A stretch of 64,000 nucleotides of DNA from a virus. Of this stretch, positions 10,038 to 17,866 are shown in pieces. Made by a program: the position numbers and the translations under genes. The stretch lies in IMG/VR virus record IMGVR_UViG_3300044912_000678, positions 1 to 64,000 of that record, one strand, 5' to 3'. The number at the start of each line of letters is the position of its first letter. The stretch's first letter is position 1. The notes under the pieces were generated by a model that worked only from the letters and a program-made list of their open reading frames with translations, searched no databases and was not told the origin of the DNA.

Positions 10038-10389
10038 CCATTGAAATATTTGCATTTTTTTTAAAAACCTTTGTATAAAAGATATAGACAATAATGCTAG
10101 TGAATATGAACTTTAAAAATCCATTCATCATTGATCCAATTTCAAATTCAAGACCAGCGGTTGGCACAAAAACAAGATTTCTCCAGTTTTCTCCAGCATT
10201 ATCAACAAAGTAATTTATAATTGGCATTAATACATTTTCGCTAATGCTATTTACTATTTTTTCTGTAGCATTAGCCATAGTTAGAGATAGAGCCAATGCA
10301 ATTAGATTATTGGAGAATGCAAACTTTTTATATGATTCTAATTCTTGTTTCAGTTGATTTACATTTATAAAATTTTTCTCATCGTTCAT
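10030..10389 (-). CDS. mscL: MscL-family mechanosensitive channel homologue
   Basis: YKKFAFSNNLIALAL..ANATEKIVNSISENVLMPII...IGSMMNGFLKFIF..IIVY matches the MscL S1-TM1-TM2 layout. Confidence 0.75.
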   Translation of the reverse strand: MNDEKNFINVNQLKQELESYKKFAFSNNLIALALSLTMANATEKIVNSISENVLMPIINYFVDNAGENWRNLVFVPTAGLEFEIGSMMNGFLKFIFTSIIVYIFYTKVFKKNANISMDE

Positions 10390-10449
10390 TTTATATTCTC
10401 CCATACATATATATGATAATCATATAATTTTAATGGACTAGGAGATAAT

Positions 10450-10806
10450 ATGAATAAAATGATTATGTTGTTTTTAGTTGTTGCTATTTTTGTGACTTCG
10501 GGATGCGGCAGAATCAGGCATAGGAATTTCGAAGGTGAATACAGTGGATTTCCAAGAATTATGAAAGATAAGGAACAATTTAAAAATACCAGTTTATGCA
10601 AGACTACTGATGATGTATTATATGCAAAACCTTGTGCGATGACAACACTTATATCAGAGTCATTTTATAGTGGATACACAGATGCTTTGAATGGTAAAAA
10701 ATTTAAGTTGTTTGGAAATAATGATGATTATCAAACTGGACATGAGATGGGAATTAAGGACAAAGAAAAAGGTTCTGTCCGTAAGTTCGAAATAAAAAAG
10801 AAATGA
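10450..10806 (+). CDS. Predicted lipoprotein
   Basis: Basic N-terminus, hydrophobic core and lipobox-like TSGC. Confidence 0.6.
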   Translation: MNKMIMLFLVVAIFVTSGCGRIRHRNFEGEYSGFPRIMKDKEQFKNTSLCKTTDDVLYAKPCAMTTLISESFYSGYTDALNGKKFKLFGNNDDYQTGHEMGIKDKEKGSVRKFEIKKK

Positions 10807-10851
10807 TTGAAACAAATAAAATACTCGTTATTATCAAAAGGACAAATAATC

Positions 10852-11187
10852 ATGATAGACAAAAATAATCCAAATTATAAATTTTACTTAGCTGGCATTA
10901 TAAGTGAGAGTGAATATTTTGACATGTGTGAATCATCGACATCTATACCTTCTCCTACTTTAAGAAATGAAGTTTCAGATGATGGTAATGACATGTTGAT
11001 GCGTAATTTGAAAGATATAATAAATGATGCGAGCATGATGTTACAAATGCTCACTCCCGATGATCAACTTGAAGAATGGATGGAGTACAAGATATCTGTA
11101 TCCCGTGCTTACATTTCTGATATTTTCCATGCGTTCAAACACGACAAGGAAGAGGAAGAAAAGCATTCTGGCGGTTGTGGGATGTAA
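10852..11187 (+). CDS. Hypothetical acidic protein, possibly head-associated
   Basis: LAGIISE motif; QLEEWMEYKIS....YISDI helix; start at the ATG after AAGGA. Confidence 0.5.
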   Translation: MIDKNNPNYKFYLAGIISESEYFDMCESSTSIPSPTLRNEVSDDGNDMLMRNLKDIINDASMMLQMLTPDDQLEEWMEYKISVSRAYISDIFHAFKHDKEEEEKHSGGCGM

Positions 11188-11193
11188 TTTTAC

Positions 11194-11490
11194 TTACCAG
11201 CTTCTACCTATTCCTTGTGTTGCCATGTGAAAATATGGATTATTGAATGGCATATATCCACTTGGCGTTACATATCTGTTCCAATTATTGTTGTAATTGT
11301 AATTGTAATTGTAATTGTAATTGTAGTTGTTATATCTATAACCATAATTATAGTTGTTGTAGTTGTATCTATAATTGTTATAATTATAGTTGTTGTAGTG
11401 TCTTACTTGTGGATATACAACGATAAATTGTGCCTCTGAAACACCACTAAAGCCTAAAAAAATAACCAAAGCCAAAATTAAAGATTTCAT
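11194..11490 (-). CDS. Secreted Tyr/Asn-rich low-complexity protein
   Basis: Signal peptide MKSLILALVIFLGFSGVSEA then (NY)n repeats; GGAG RBS. Confidence 0.7.
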   Translation of the reverse strand: MKSLILALVIFLGFSGVSEAQFIVVYPQVRHYNNYNYNNYRYNYNNYNYGYRYNNYNYNYNYNYNYNNNWNRYVTPSGYMPFNNPYFHMATQGIGRSW

Positions 11491-11515
11491 CGTATGCTCC
11501 TTTATGAATATATAT

Positions 11516-11860
11516 TCATATTTCTTTTTTAAATTGTTCAATTAATTTCTTTGTAGTTTTCCCAGTTAAAAAAACCTTTTTCAAATCATTGTTCCATGTC
11601 AACATTCCATCTACTTTATAATTGCAATTTGAATATTCATATTCTTGATAGATTGGTTCTGTGAGGAAGTGTTTTTCCTTACGAATTTCATCTTCCAAAT
11701 CAACATTACTTTTCCCACATTTAGTAATACGCATAACGCTTTGAATTTCAATATCAACAATTTTTAATTTTTTTTTGTATTTAACTGAAAACATGATGAA
11801 TACTTTCGACCAATTTAATTCATCGAGGTGCATCCAAATATCTTCTCTTGTTTTAATCAT
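11516..11860 (-). CDS. Hypothetical protein
   Basis: 114-aa ORF with AAGG RBS. Confidence 0.55.
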   Translation of the reverse strand: MIKTREDIWMHLDELNWSKVFIMFSVKYKKKLKIVDIEIQSVMRITKCGKSNVDLEDEIRKEKHFLTEPIYQEYEYSNCNYKVDGMLTWNNDLKKVFLTGKTTKKLIEQFKKEI

Positions 11861-11989
11861 AAATTACCTTGAAAAAAATTTATTTTAGTTTATTATTAGT
11901 ATGTAGATAAAGGAGTTGTATGTTTTTAAAAGAGTTGTTGATGTGTTGCATAATTTACATAATTATATATAAATTAATGCAACTAATAA

Positions 11990-12184
11990 ATGATATATTT
12001 GATTATTTTAAGGAAGAAGATGATGAATAATTTTTGTGCAAAGCATGGGAATTATTGTGGAGAAAAATGCAATCAATGCATCAAAATTAAAGAAATCCAC
12101 AAGAATATCGTCAAAGAATATAAAGAAAAGTTTACAGAAAAAGAGAGATCTAAATTTTCACAACTTTGGAATTCTCACAAATAA
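11990..12184 (+). CDS. Small CxxH/CxxCxxC hypothetical protein
   Basis: FCAKHGNYCGEKCNQC; true start probably near 12020. Confidence 0.4.
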   Translation: MIYLIILRKKMMNNFCAKHGNYCGEKCNQCIKIKEIHKNIVKEYKEKFTEKERSKFSQLWNSHK

Positions 12185-12608
12185 TATCTTCTAGACCAAA
12201 TGGTATATCGTATGTTTTTTTGTTTTCTATCTGTTCTAGAAGTAATTTTATTGAATTTCTTTTTTCTTCAAAGAAATTAATACCGTTCTCAATTTGGGTT
12301 TCTTTTGGCAATAAAGTTGATCCATATACACCAATACCAAAAAGCGATCCAATTCCATCGGTATCTCTTAATTTTATTACATTTTCAACATAATTTTTTA
12401 TATCTTCATTAGTAATTTCTGATTGTTTTTTCAAAGACTCAAAATTGAAACATGCAGATATTTTGGCGAAATCTTGCAATGAAAATTCAATATTTATTTT
12501 TATTTTTTCATTATTGATTTTTAGATAAATTGATTTTTCATCAAATGATTCACGATAAAGATGAAAATTTTCACAATAATATAGACTACACTTTGTACTC
12601 ATGGTCAT
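12150..12608 (-). CDS. Hypothetical protein
   Basis: 152-aa ORF. Confidence 0.55.
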   Translation of the reverse strand: MTMSTKCSLYYCENFHLYRESFDEKSIYLKINNEKIKINIEFSLQDFAKISACFNFESLKKQSEITNEDIKNYVENVIKLRDTDGIGSLFGIGVYGSTLLPKETQIENGINFFEEKRNSIKLLLEQIENKKTYDIPFGLEDIICENSKVVKI

Positions 12609-12699
12609 ATTCCATAATGTATCGTTGTTGTAATATCTAATTGAATCATACGATAATTCAACAATTGAATCAAATTTAAATCATAAAAATTTTAATTTC

Positions 12700-13266
12700 T
12701 TAATCATTTACCATAAAGCTTGGCAATCTATGCGAAAATGTCTTGAGATATTCTTGTGAGCCTTTATTATCAAAAACTATTTCAAATCTTTCTTTTTGTT
12801 TCTTTATTGTGCATGTGCAATCCAAAGAATTGAAATATTCTGCAATAATATTTGAACCTTCTTCTCCGAACTTTTGTGTCCTAAGATACACTTTTCTTTT
12901 ACTTTTCCTACCACTATCGACATACCACACCATCCAAGCAAGATCATTCAGAGACTCTAAAATTTCTTTAGTTACAGTTTTTTTACCATCTTTATAGAAT
13001 GATCGATAAAGTTGATTGAAACAAGGATATGCGACAGAGTAACATCTATATGTGTTTTTATCTTTTTTGATAGTGGTGCTATCTAACTTAAAAAAATCTT
13101 TCAATTCATTGATTTTATATGAAAGCCAATTAAGGTTATTGTCTCTCATTGCAAGATAACAATTTCTACCATGTGTTGGATTGACAATAGATGATCCACC
13201 AAGTATGGTTCCATACAAAATTTGTTGTTGAAATGATTTAGTTTCTGGGCTTGCTTCATATGTCAT
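12700..13266 (-). CDS. LAGLIDADG_2-family endonuclease-like protein with degenerate catalytic motifs
   Basis: QQILYGTILGGSSI and LAWMVWYVDSG (canonical G.LLGDG and W..DDG); FYKDGKK and LRTQKF also match. Confidence 0.7.
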   Translation of the reverse strand: MTYEASPETKSFQQQILYGTILGGSSIVNPTHGRNCYLAMRDNNLNWLSYKINELKDFFKLDSTTIKKDKNTYRCYSVAYPCFNQLYRSFYKDGKKTVTKEILESLNDLAWMVWYVDSGRKSKRKVYLRTQKFGEEGSNIIAEYFNSLDCTCTIKKQKERFEIVFDNKGSQEYLKTFSHRLPSFMVND

Positions 13267-13374
13267 ATAAGTATATATCTGTTTTCGCAAAATTTATTCC
13301 ATGCTCTAATCACAATTACGATGCAAATGATAGATATTATTAGATAAATACACCTAAATTTCAAGGAGATTATT

Positions 13375-14142
13375 ATGGGTGCAACAAGTCGAGAAGGTGT
13401 AGGAATAGGCTCTGTAAATAAAATTAAACCACTTATAATAAATGGCGTAGTAAAAGCTGAAAACCTCGGTGTCGATATTCTACACAACTGGAAATACGAC
13501 ATCAACGCAACTGGCGATATGACAACCGAATCAAATATCAGTGCAGATGGCGACATTTCGTCTGGTGGCGATATATCCGCTGATGGTGATATTTTATCTG
13601 GTAATAATATATCCGCTGATGGTGACATTTCGTCTGGCAACAATGTAACCGCAGATGGCGATATATCCGCTGATGGTGACATTTCGTCTGGCAACAATAT
13701 AACCGCTGAAGGTTACATCAGAGGTGACGCAATTGGACAACACTTGAATACGAGTTTCTATACATTCACCGCTGGCGAATTGACCAACAACAGTAATGAC
13801 TATACTGATTTTGCATCAGTTTCATACACGCCAGTATCCAACAGCAGTTCCTTGTACATTGAGTATAATGCAACTTATGCTGTTGGTGGAGGCTTGGCAG
13901 ATAATTTCAGATCTAGAATAACGGTAAATGATGTTGAGATAACATGGAGAAACCAAGCATGGACAAATAGTGCAGGTGGTGGCACTAGAAGTGCAGTACT
14001 GTTTCCCATTGCCATGGTTTTTTCAAATTCTGTCACAACTGCGTTGACCATTAAAATCCAAGCAAAGAGGGATGGAGCAGATGACATCCTCACCTTGAAC
14101 ACCAACAGTGCGGTGTTGAAAGTTTCTGAGTACGCAAGGTAA
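13375..14142 (+). CDS. MGATS-leader protein 1 (beta-repeat shaft + C-terminal beta domain; fibre/decoration-like)
   Basis: Shared leader; (I/V)(S/T)ADGDI(S/L)SG repeats. Confidence 0.6.
   Translation: MGATSREGVGIGSVNKIKPLIINGVVKAENLGVDILHNWKYDINATGDMTTESNISADGDISSGGDISADGDILSGNNISADGDISSGNNVTADGDISADGDISSGNNITAEGYIRGDAIGQHLNTSFYTFTAGELTNNSNDYTDFASVSYTPVSNSSSLYIEYNATYAVGGGLADNFRSRITVNDVEITWRNQAWTNSAGGGTRSAVLFPIAMVFSNSVTTALTIKIQAKRDGADDILTLNTNSAVLKVSEYAR
13535..13712 (+). repeat. 36-bp degenerate coding repeats (ISADGDISSGxx)
   Basis: atatccgctgatggtgacatttcgtctggcaacaat and variants occur about 5 times. Confidence 0.85.
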
Positions 14143-14170
14143 CTTGGTTTTTTTAAAACTAAGTTTTTTA
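14141..14170 (+). terminator. Weak terminator after MGATS gene 1
   Basis: aacttggtttt/aaaactaagtt stem (one G.U pair) followed by a T run. Confidence 0.5.
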
Positions 14171-14198
14171 ATTTCTACTTATTACAAAGGAGATCATT

Positions 14199-15170
14199 AT
14201 GGGAGCTACAAGTAATGAAGGTGTCGGAATAGGATCGGTAGAGAAATATTTACCGAAAATCGTAAACGGTGTCGTGAAAAAAGAAAACATACAACAAGGT
14301 AAAATTTTCGAAAACTTTACATCGGATATTTTGATTTCCACGGCAGATGGAACTGCTGGCAATAATGATGCAAGCAGCATTACCATTAAAGCAGGTGATG
14401 GATATCCGTTAGCGGTCGATCCTCCCGAGGCTGATGGAGTCGGAGATGATGCTGATGGTGGCAGTGTTTTCATCTACGCTGGTAAAGCTAATGGTAATGG
14501 CGAAGGCGGAAACATTGAAATATTCGCTGGTGATACCGGCAATGGTCCAGATGCAAACGCTGGAAATGTAACGATTAGAGGTGGTGATGCCGATAGTGTC
14601 GAAAACAGCGATGCTGGCGATGTAAACATCTATGGTGGCGATGGATCAAGTGGTACTACTGACAGCGAGGGTGGCGATATTAATATTGAAGCTGGCGATG
14701 CTGGTGGCGATGGTGAGGCTGGTCATGTCCATATTCATGCTGGCGATAGTGGAACTGGAGATGGCATCAATGAGGGTGAGGATTATCCAGAAGCAGGCGA
14801 CATAGAAATCACTGCTGGCAATTCACTAGCCACTACAGATGTAGATGGCGGAGACATCCGTATCGAAGCTGGTGATGGCACAGTTGATGGTCGTGGTGGC
14901 GATATCGAGATTACTACTGGTAATAGCGTTGGCACAGATCGTGCTGGCGATATGTTTCTTACTTGTGGCACTAATTCTGGTTCTGGTAGAAATGGTCACA
15001 TTTATATTCAAAGTATGCCAATCATGCCAGTATATGCAAATAATACTGCAAGAGATGCTGCTGCTGGTACTGCAACCAACGGCATGTTTTGTTACAACAC
15101 AGCGACAAGCAACATAGAAGTCTATGTTGGCGGTGCATGGAAGAGTGTGGATGTAACTGCGATTGTTTAA
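14199..15170 (+). CDS. MGATS-leader protein 2 (Gly/Asp-rich GGDIxIxAG repeats; fibre-like)
   Basis: About 9 G(G/A)D(I/V)xIxAG repeats; C-terminal NGMFCYNTATSNIEVYVGGAW, a type seen in phage fibre proteins. Confidence 0.6.
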   Translation: MGATSNEGVGIGSVEKYLPKIVNGVVKKENIQQGKIFENFTSDILISTADGTAGNNDASSITIKAGDGYPLAVDPPEADGVGDDADGGSVFIYAGKANGNGEGGNIEIFAGDTGNGPDANAGNVTIRGGDADSVENSDAGDVNIYGGDGSSGTTDSEGGDINIEAGDAGGDGEAGHVHIHAGDSGTGDGINEGEDYPEAGDIEITAGNSLATTDVDGGDIRIEAGDGTVDGRGGDIEITTGNSVGTDRAGDMFLTCGTNSGSGRNGHIYIQSMPIMPVYANNTARDAAAGTATNGMFCYNTATSNIEVYVGGAWKSVDVTAIV

Positions 15171-15175
15171 TGTAA

Positions 15176-15245
15176 TATTTGAACGGTTTTAAATTTCTTG
15201 AAGCCGTTCAAATAAACTTAGTCTTTATGTTAAGCTAAGTTTATT
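15176..15245 (+). terminator. Tandem hairpins after MGATS gene 2
   Basis: tatttgaacgg/ccgttcaaata and aataaacttag/ctaagtttatt inverted repeats. Confidence 0.65.
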
Positions 15246-15281
15246 GTGTTTGATTTTTTTTATATATAAAAGGAGATTATT

Positions 15282-15845
15282 ATGGGAGCTACATCAACAG
15301 AAGGAACAGGACAAGGTTCTGCATCAAAAATCAAGCCATTGGTTTTCAATGGTTCTGTAAAAACAGTAAACATCGAGCCAAATGCTGTGACCGCAGCTAA
15401 TCTCGACAACAACGCATTGTCAAAAGCACCATTCGTGCTTAATGTTGCGACAATAACTCTTGATTCAAGCAAAGCTGGAATTCCTTTGGTTTTCACTAGG
15501 GCAGCAGGTGTTGTTGCTACTCTTCCAGCAGCTACTGGAACTGGTGATATTTATAAGTTTTATGTTAATACCACTGTAACTAGCAACAGCTACAAAATTC
15601 AAGTAGCTAATGCAACGGACATTATTTCTGGCTTGGCTCTTGCCGATGACGGAGAGGGTGAGCCAGCAAATGGTTGGCCAACTACTTCGACTACTGATAC
15701 CATTACAATGGATGGATCTACTCAGGGTGGCATCAAAGGCGACAGTCTTGAGATAATAGATATCGCTTCTGGTCAGTTCTGCGTAAGGGCATTCCTTACA
15801 AATAGCGGTACTGAAGCGACTCCTTTCAGTGCAGCAGTTTCTTAA
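15282..15845 (+). CDS. MGATS-leader protein 3 (beta-rich virion-type domain)
   Basis: Shared leader; TLPAATGTG.Y.F...GD.LE..D motif typical of phage structural proteins. Confidence 0.6.
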   Translation: MGATSTEGTGQGSASKIKPLVFNGSVKTVNIEPNAVTAANLDNNALSKAPFVLNVATITLDSSKAGIPLVFTRAAGVVATLPAATGTGDIYKFYVNTTVTSNSYKIQVANATDIISGLALADDGEGEPANGWPTTSTTDTITMDGSTQGGIKGDSLEIIDIASGQFCVRAFLTNSGTEATPFSAAVS

Positions 15846-15854
15846 GTTCAATTG

Positions 15855-15946
15855 GGTATGCGTCTTGGTTTTCTCCAAGACGCATACCTTTTGCTTTTAT
15901 AATTTAAAAAAAAGACAATGCAGTTTTAAATGCATTGTCTTTTTTT
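15855..15946 (+). terminator. Two consecutive terminators after MGATS gene 3
   Basis: ggtatgcgtcttgg/ccaagacgcatacc + TTTT; aaaaaaagacaatgca/tgcattgtcttttttt. Confidence 0.85.
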
Positions 15947-15979
15947 GTTCATAAAGCTTACATATTATAGAGGTGAAAA

Positions 15980-16336
15980 ATGGGTGCTTCAAGCGTTACT
16001 GGAATAGGTTGTGGATCGGTTGGAAAATCATCACTTACTGCTACTTCTTCTAATTCAAATGATTCTTGTGTTCCTTTATCTATAAGTAGTTTGATGGGTC
16101 CAAGAATTATAGCTGCTGGTGTCATGAATTTGAAAGAAGAGAATGCAGAAATTGTATTTACGGCTCCATCAGGATCTGTAAATGAATATACTGTATTTTT
16201 ACAAGATAACAATAAAGTGGCAATTGTTAGTTCAAATTTAAAGGCAGATGCCCATAATAGCAACTGGAGTTTTTATATTACGGGCAAGCCAAAAACAACA
16301 ATTTCTTGGATGGTTATAAAATTAGGTATCTTTTAA
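15980..16336 (+). CDS. MGASS-leader protein 4
   Basis: MGASSVTGIGCGSVGK leader followed by a small beta domain. Confidence 0.6.
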   Translation: MGASSVTGIGCGSVGKSSLTATSSNSNDSCVPLSISSLMGPRIIAAGVMNLKEENAEIVFTAPSGSVNEYTVFLQDNNKVAIVSSNLKADAHNSNWSFYITGKPKTTISWMVIKLGIF

Positions 16337-16890
16337 TTATCATCCTTATCCTGTTTGTTGAATTTCAAGTATCTATCGGACCATTCAATTGCCATGTGCA
16401 GTCCTCTGGCTAATAATCCAACAAGATGTGTTGGATTTCCATTTCCTTCAATTGCAATATTGTCTTTAATGTTTTCTTCCATCCAAACCATGGCAAAAGT
16501 CAAATTTTTGCGATTTTTTAGCTCTTTGGCTATTTGTTTGATTGTGACTAGAGATAAATCTGGAACTCCGTATTCGTCATAGGCTACAACTTTATTTTTT
16601 TCAACGAACATTTTAATTCGAGATGAAAACAACTTCAGTAATCGATCTACATCTTGATGAAAAACAAGTTGATATGCAGGTTTATCTTCATTAATTGGAT
16701 GAGTTAAATTCATCATTTTGCAGATTTTATCATCTGCTATTTCTTCGACCAAAGCCGTTAAAAGGGCGATAGAATGATCTGATTCACAAGAAAAGAAGAC
16801 CCAAGTTGTAGGTTCCATTTCTTTCTGGAAGATATCGATACCTTCTAAAGAATTCAAATTATCTATAAAAGATTTGTATTCATAATCCAT
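16333..16890 (-). CDS. Hypothetical protein
   Basis: 185-aa ORF, GGAGG RBS, coupled to the upstream gene. Confidence 0.6.
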   Translation of the reverse strand: MDYEYKSFIDNLNSLEGIDIFQKEMEPTTWVFFSCESDHSIALLTALVEEIADDKICKMMNLTHPINEDKPAYQLVFHQDVDRLLKLFSSRIKMFVEKNKVVAYDEYGVPDLSLVTIKQIAKELKNRKNLTFAMVWMEENIKDNIAIEGNGNPTHLVGLLARGLHMAIEWSDRYLKFNKQDKDDN

Positions 16891-17426
16891 TAGTCCTCCA
16901 TGATTTTAGAGTCATTTAACGATTTGATCAATTTGATCAAATGCTTGCACATTCCGGGTGATTCATTCACATTTGCAATTCTTTCGTTGCTTTTTGACTC
17001 ATACTTACTTCTTTTTCTTCCATAAAGGCTTTTATCAATTGAGTTGTAGTAATTGAATCTCCAATAAAAATCAGGGCAAGTACATCTTACGACAACCTCA
17101 TTAACATCTGACTTTATAGTTTCAAGAATATATTTCTTTTCATCGCTTGCAATCAACTTAATGGAATTTTTAGATTCCTTAGTTAGATATTTTATTCCTT
17201 TAAACAAAGCAACTGTTGTATATTCCTTTTGATTACCAATATTTTTTGCTAGACCTTTTACGAAAAGTGTCCTCATTCCAAGATAAGGCAAAAAATTCAT
17301 CTCAATAATTTTTATCATATCGATGGAATTTTGTCTTTTCGTAGTTTTAGGAAACGCATCCACAGTACTATTATAAAGATCGATAACAGTGGACTCATTA
17401 AGTCTAACAAACTCATTGAAATTCAT
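16890..17426 (-). CDS. SWIM-type zinc-finger protein with CTS-like start
   Basis: VRCTCPDF...PGMCKHL; N-terminus MNFNEFVRLNE. Confidence 0.7.
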   Translation of the reverse strand: MNFNEFVRLNESTVIDLYNSTVDAFPKTTKRQNSIDMIKIIEMNFLPYLGMRTLFVKGLAKNIGNQKEYTTVALFKGIKYLTKESKNSIKLIASDEKKYILETIKSDVNEVVVRCTCPDFYWRFNYYNSIDKSLYGRKRSKYESKSNERIANVNESPGMCKHLIKLIKSLNDSKIMED

Positions 17427-17455
17427 AATATATTTAAGCCGATAGGATTTTTAAA

Positions 17456-17761
17456 ATGAATAAAAAAAACCAACAAATGGAAACAAATAATCCAATTCCA
17501 GAAGGAAAGAGCAAATTTGAAGTAAGAATGTATATGGCTGAAAAGGGAAATCTTAAGCAAGGGATTTTTATTGATGATCAATTGCTAGATTGGTCTGTAG
17601 ATGTACATGATCTTTTGGAAGCTAAAAAAATGGGTACACAATATATAAAAGATTTAGAAATTGATGTTATTAGACATTTTCTTCAATCTATTTCGGATTT
17701 TATTGGAAGAAAAGTTTCGGTTGAAGAAATGAATCAAGCTAAAAAAAATGGATACATTTAA
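17456..17761 (+). CDS. Hypothetical protein
   Basis: 101-aa ORF. Confidence 0.6.
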   Translation: MNKKNQQMETNNPIPEGKSKFEVRMYMAEKGNLKQGIFIDDQLLDWSVDVHDLLEAKKMGTQYIKDLEIDVIRHFLQSISDFIGRKVSVEEMNQAKKNGYI

Positions 17762-17845
17762 GTGGAAAGACAATACTTTAATTGTTTCGTGTTCAAGGGG
17801 GTGAATTTCACTATTTGCGAAACATCTGATTGTCTTTCCGCTTAA
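17758..17845 (+). other. Long interrupted RNA hairpin between convergent genes
   Basis: 17758-17774 pairs with 17829-17845, and 17783-17790 pairs with 17817-17824; each stem has one G.U pair on the + strand. Confidence 0.6.
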
Positions 17846-17866
17846 TGCTTATTTTTGTATAATTAC

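Noticed and set aside
11215-11439. Poly-(IV) membrane ORF
   Set aside because: Antisense reading of the (NY)n repeat.
13263-13697. Minus-strand 144-aa repeat ORF
   Set aside because: Antisense shadow of the repeats in MGATS gene 1, which has the RBS and conserved leader.
13375-16336. Diversity-generating retroelement or invertase-driven fibre switching
   Set aside because: There is no reverse transcriptase or recombinase, no TR/VR pair differing at adenines, and all cassettes are co-oriented.
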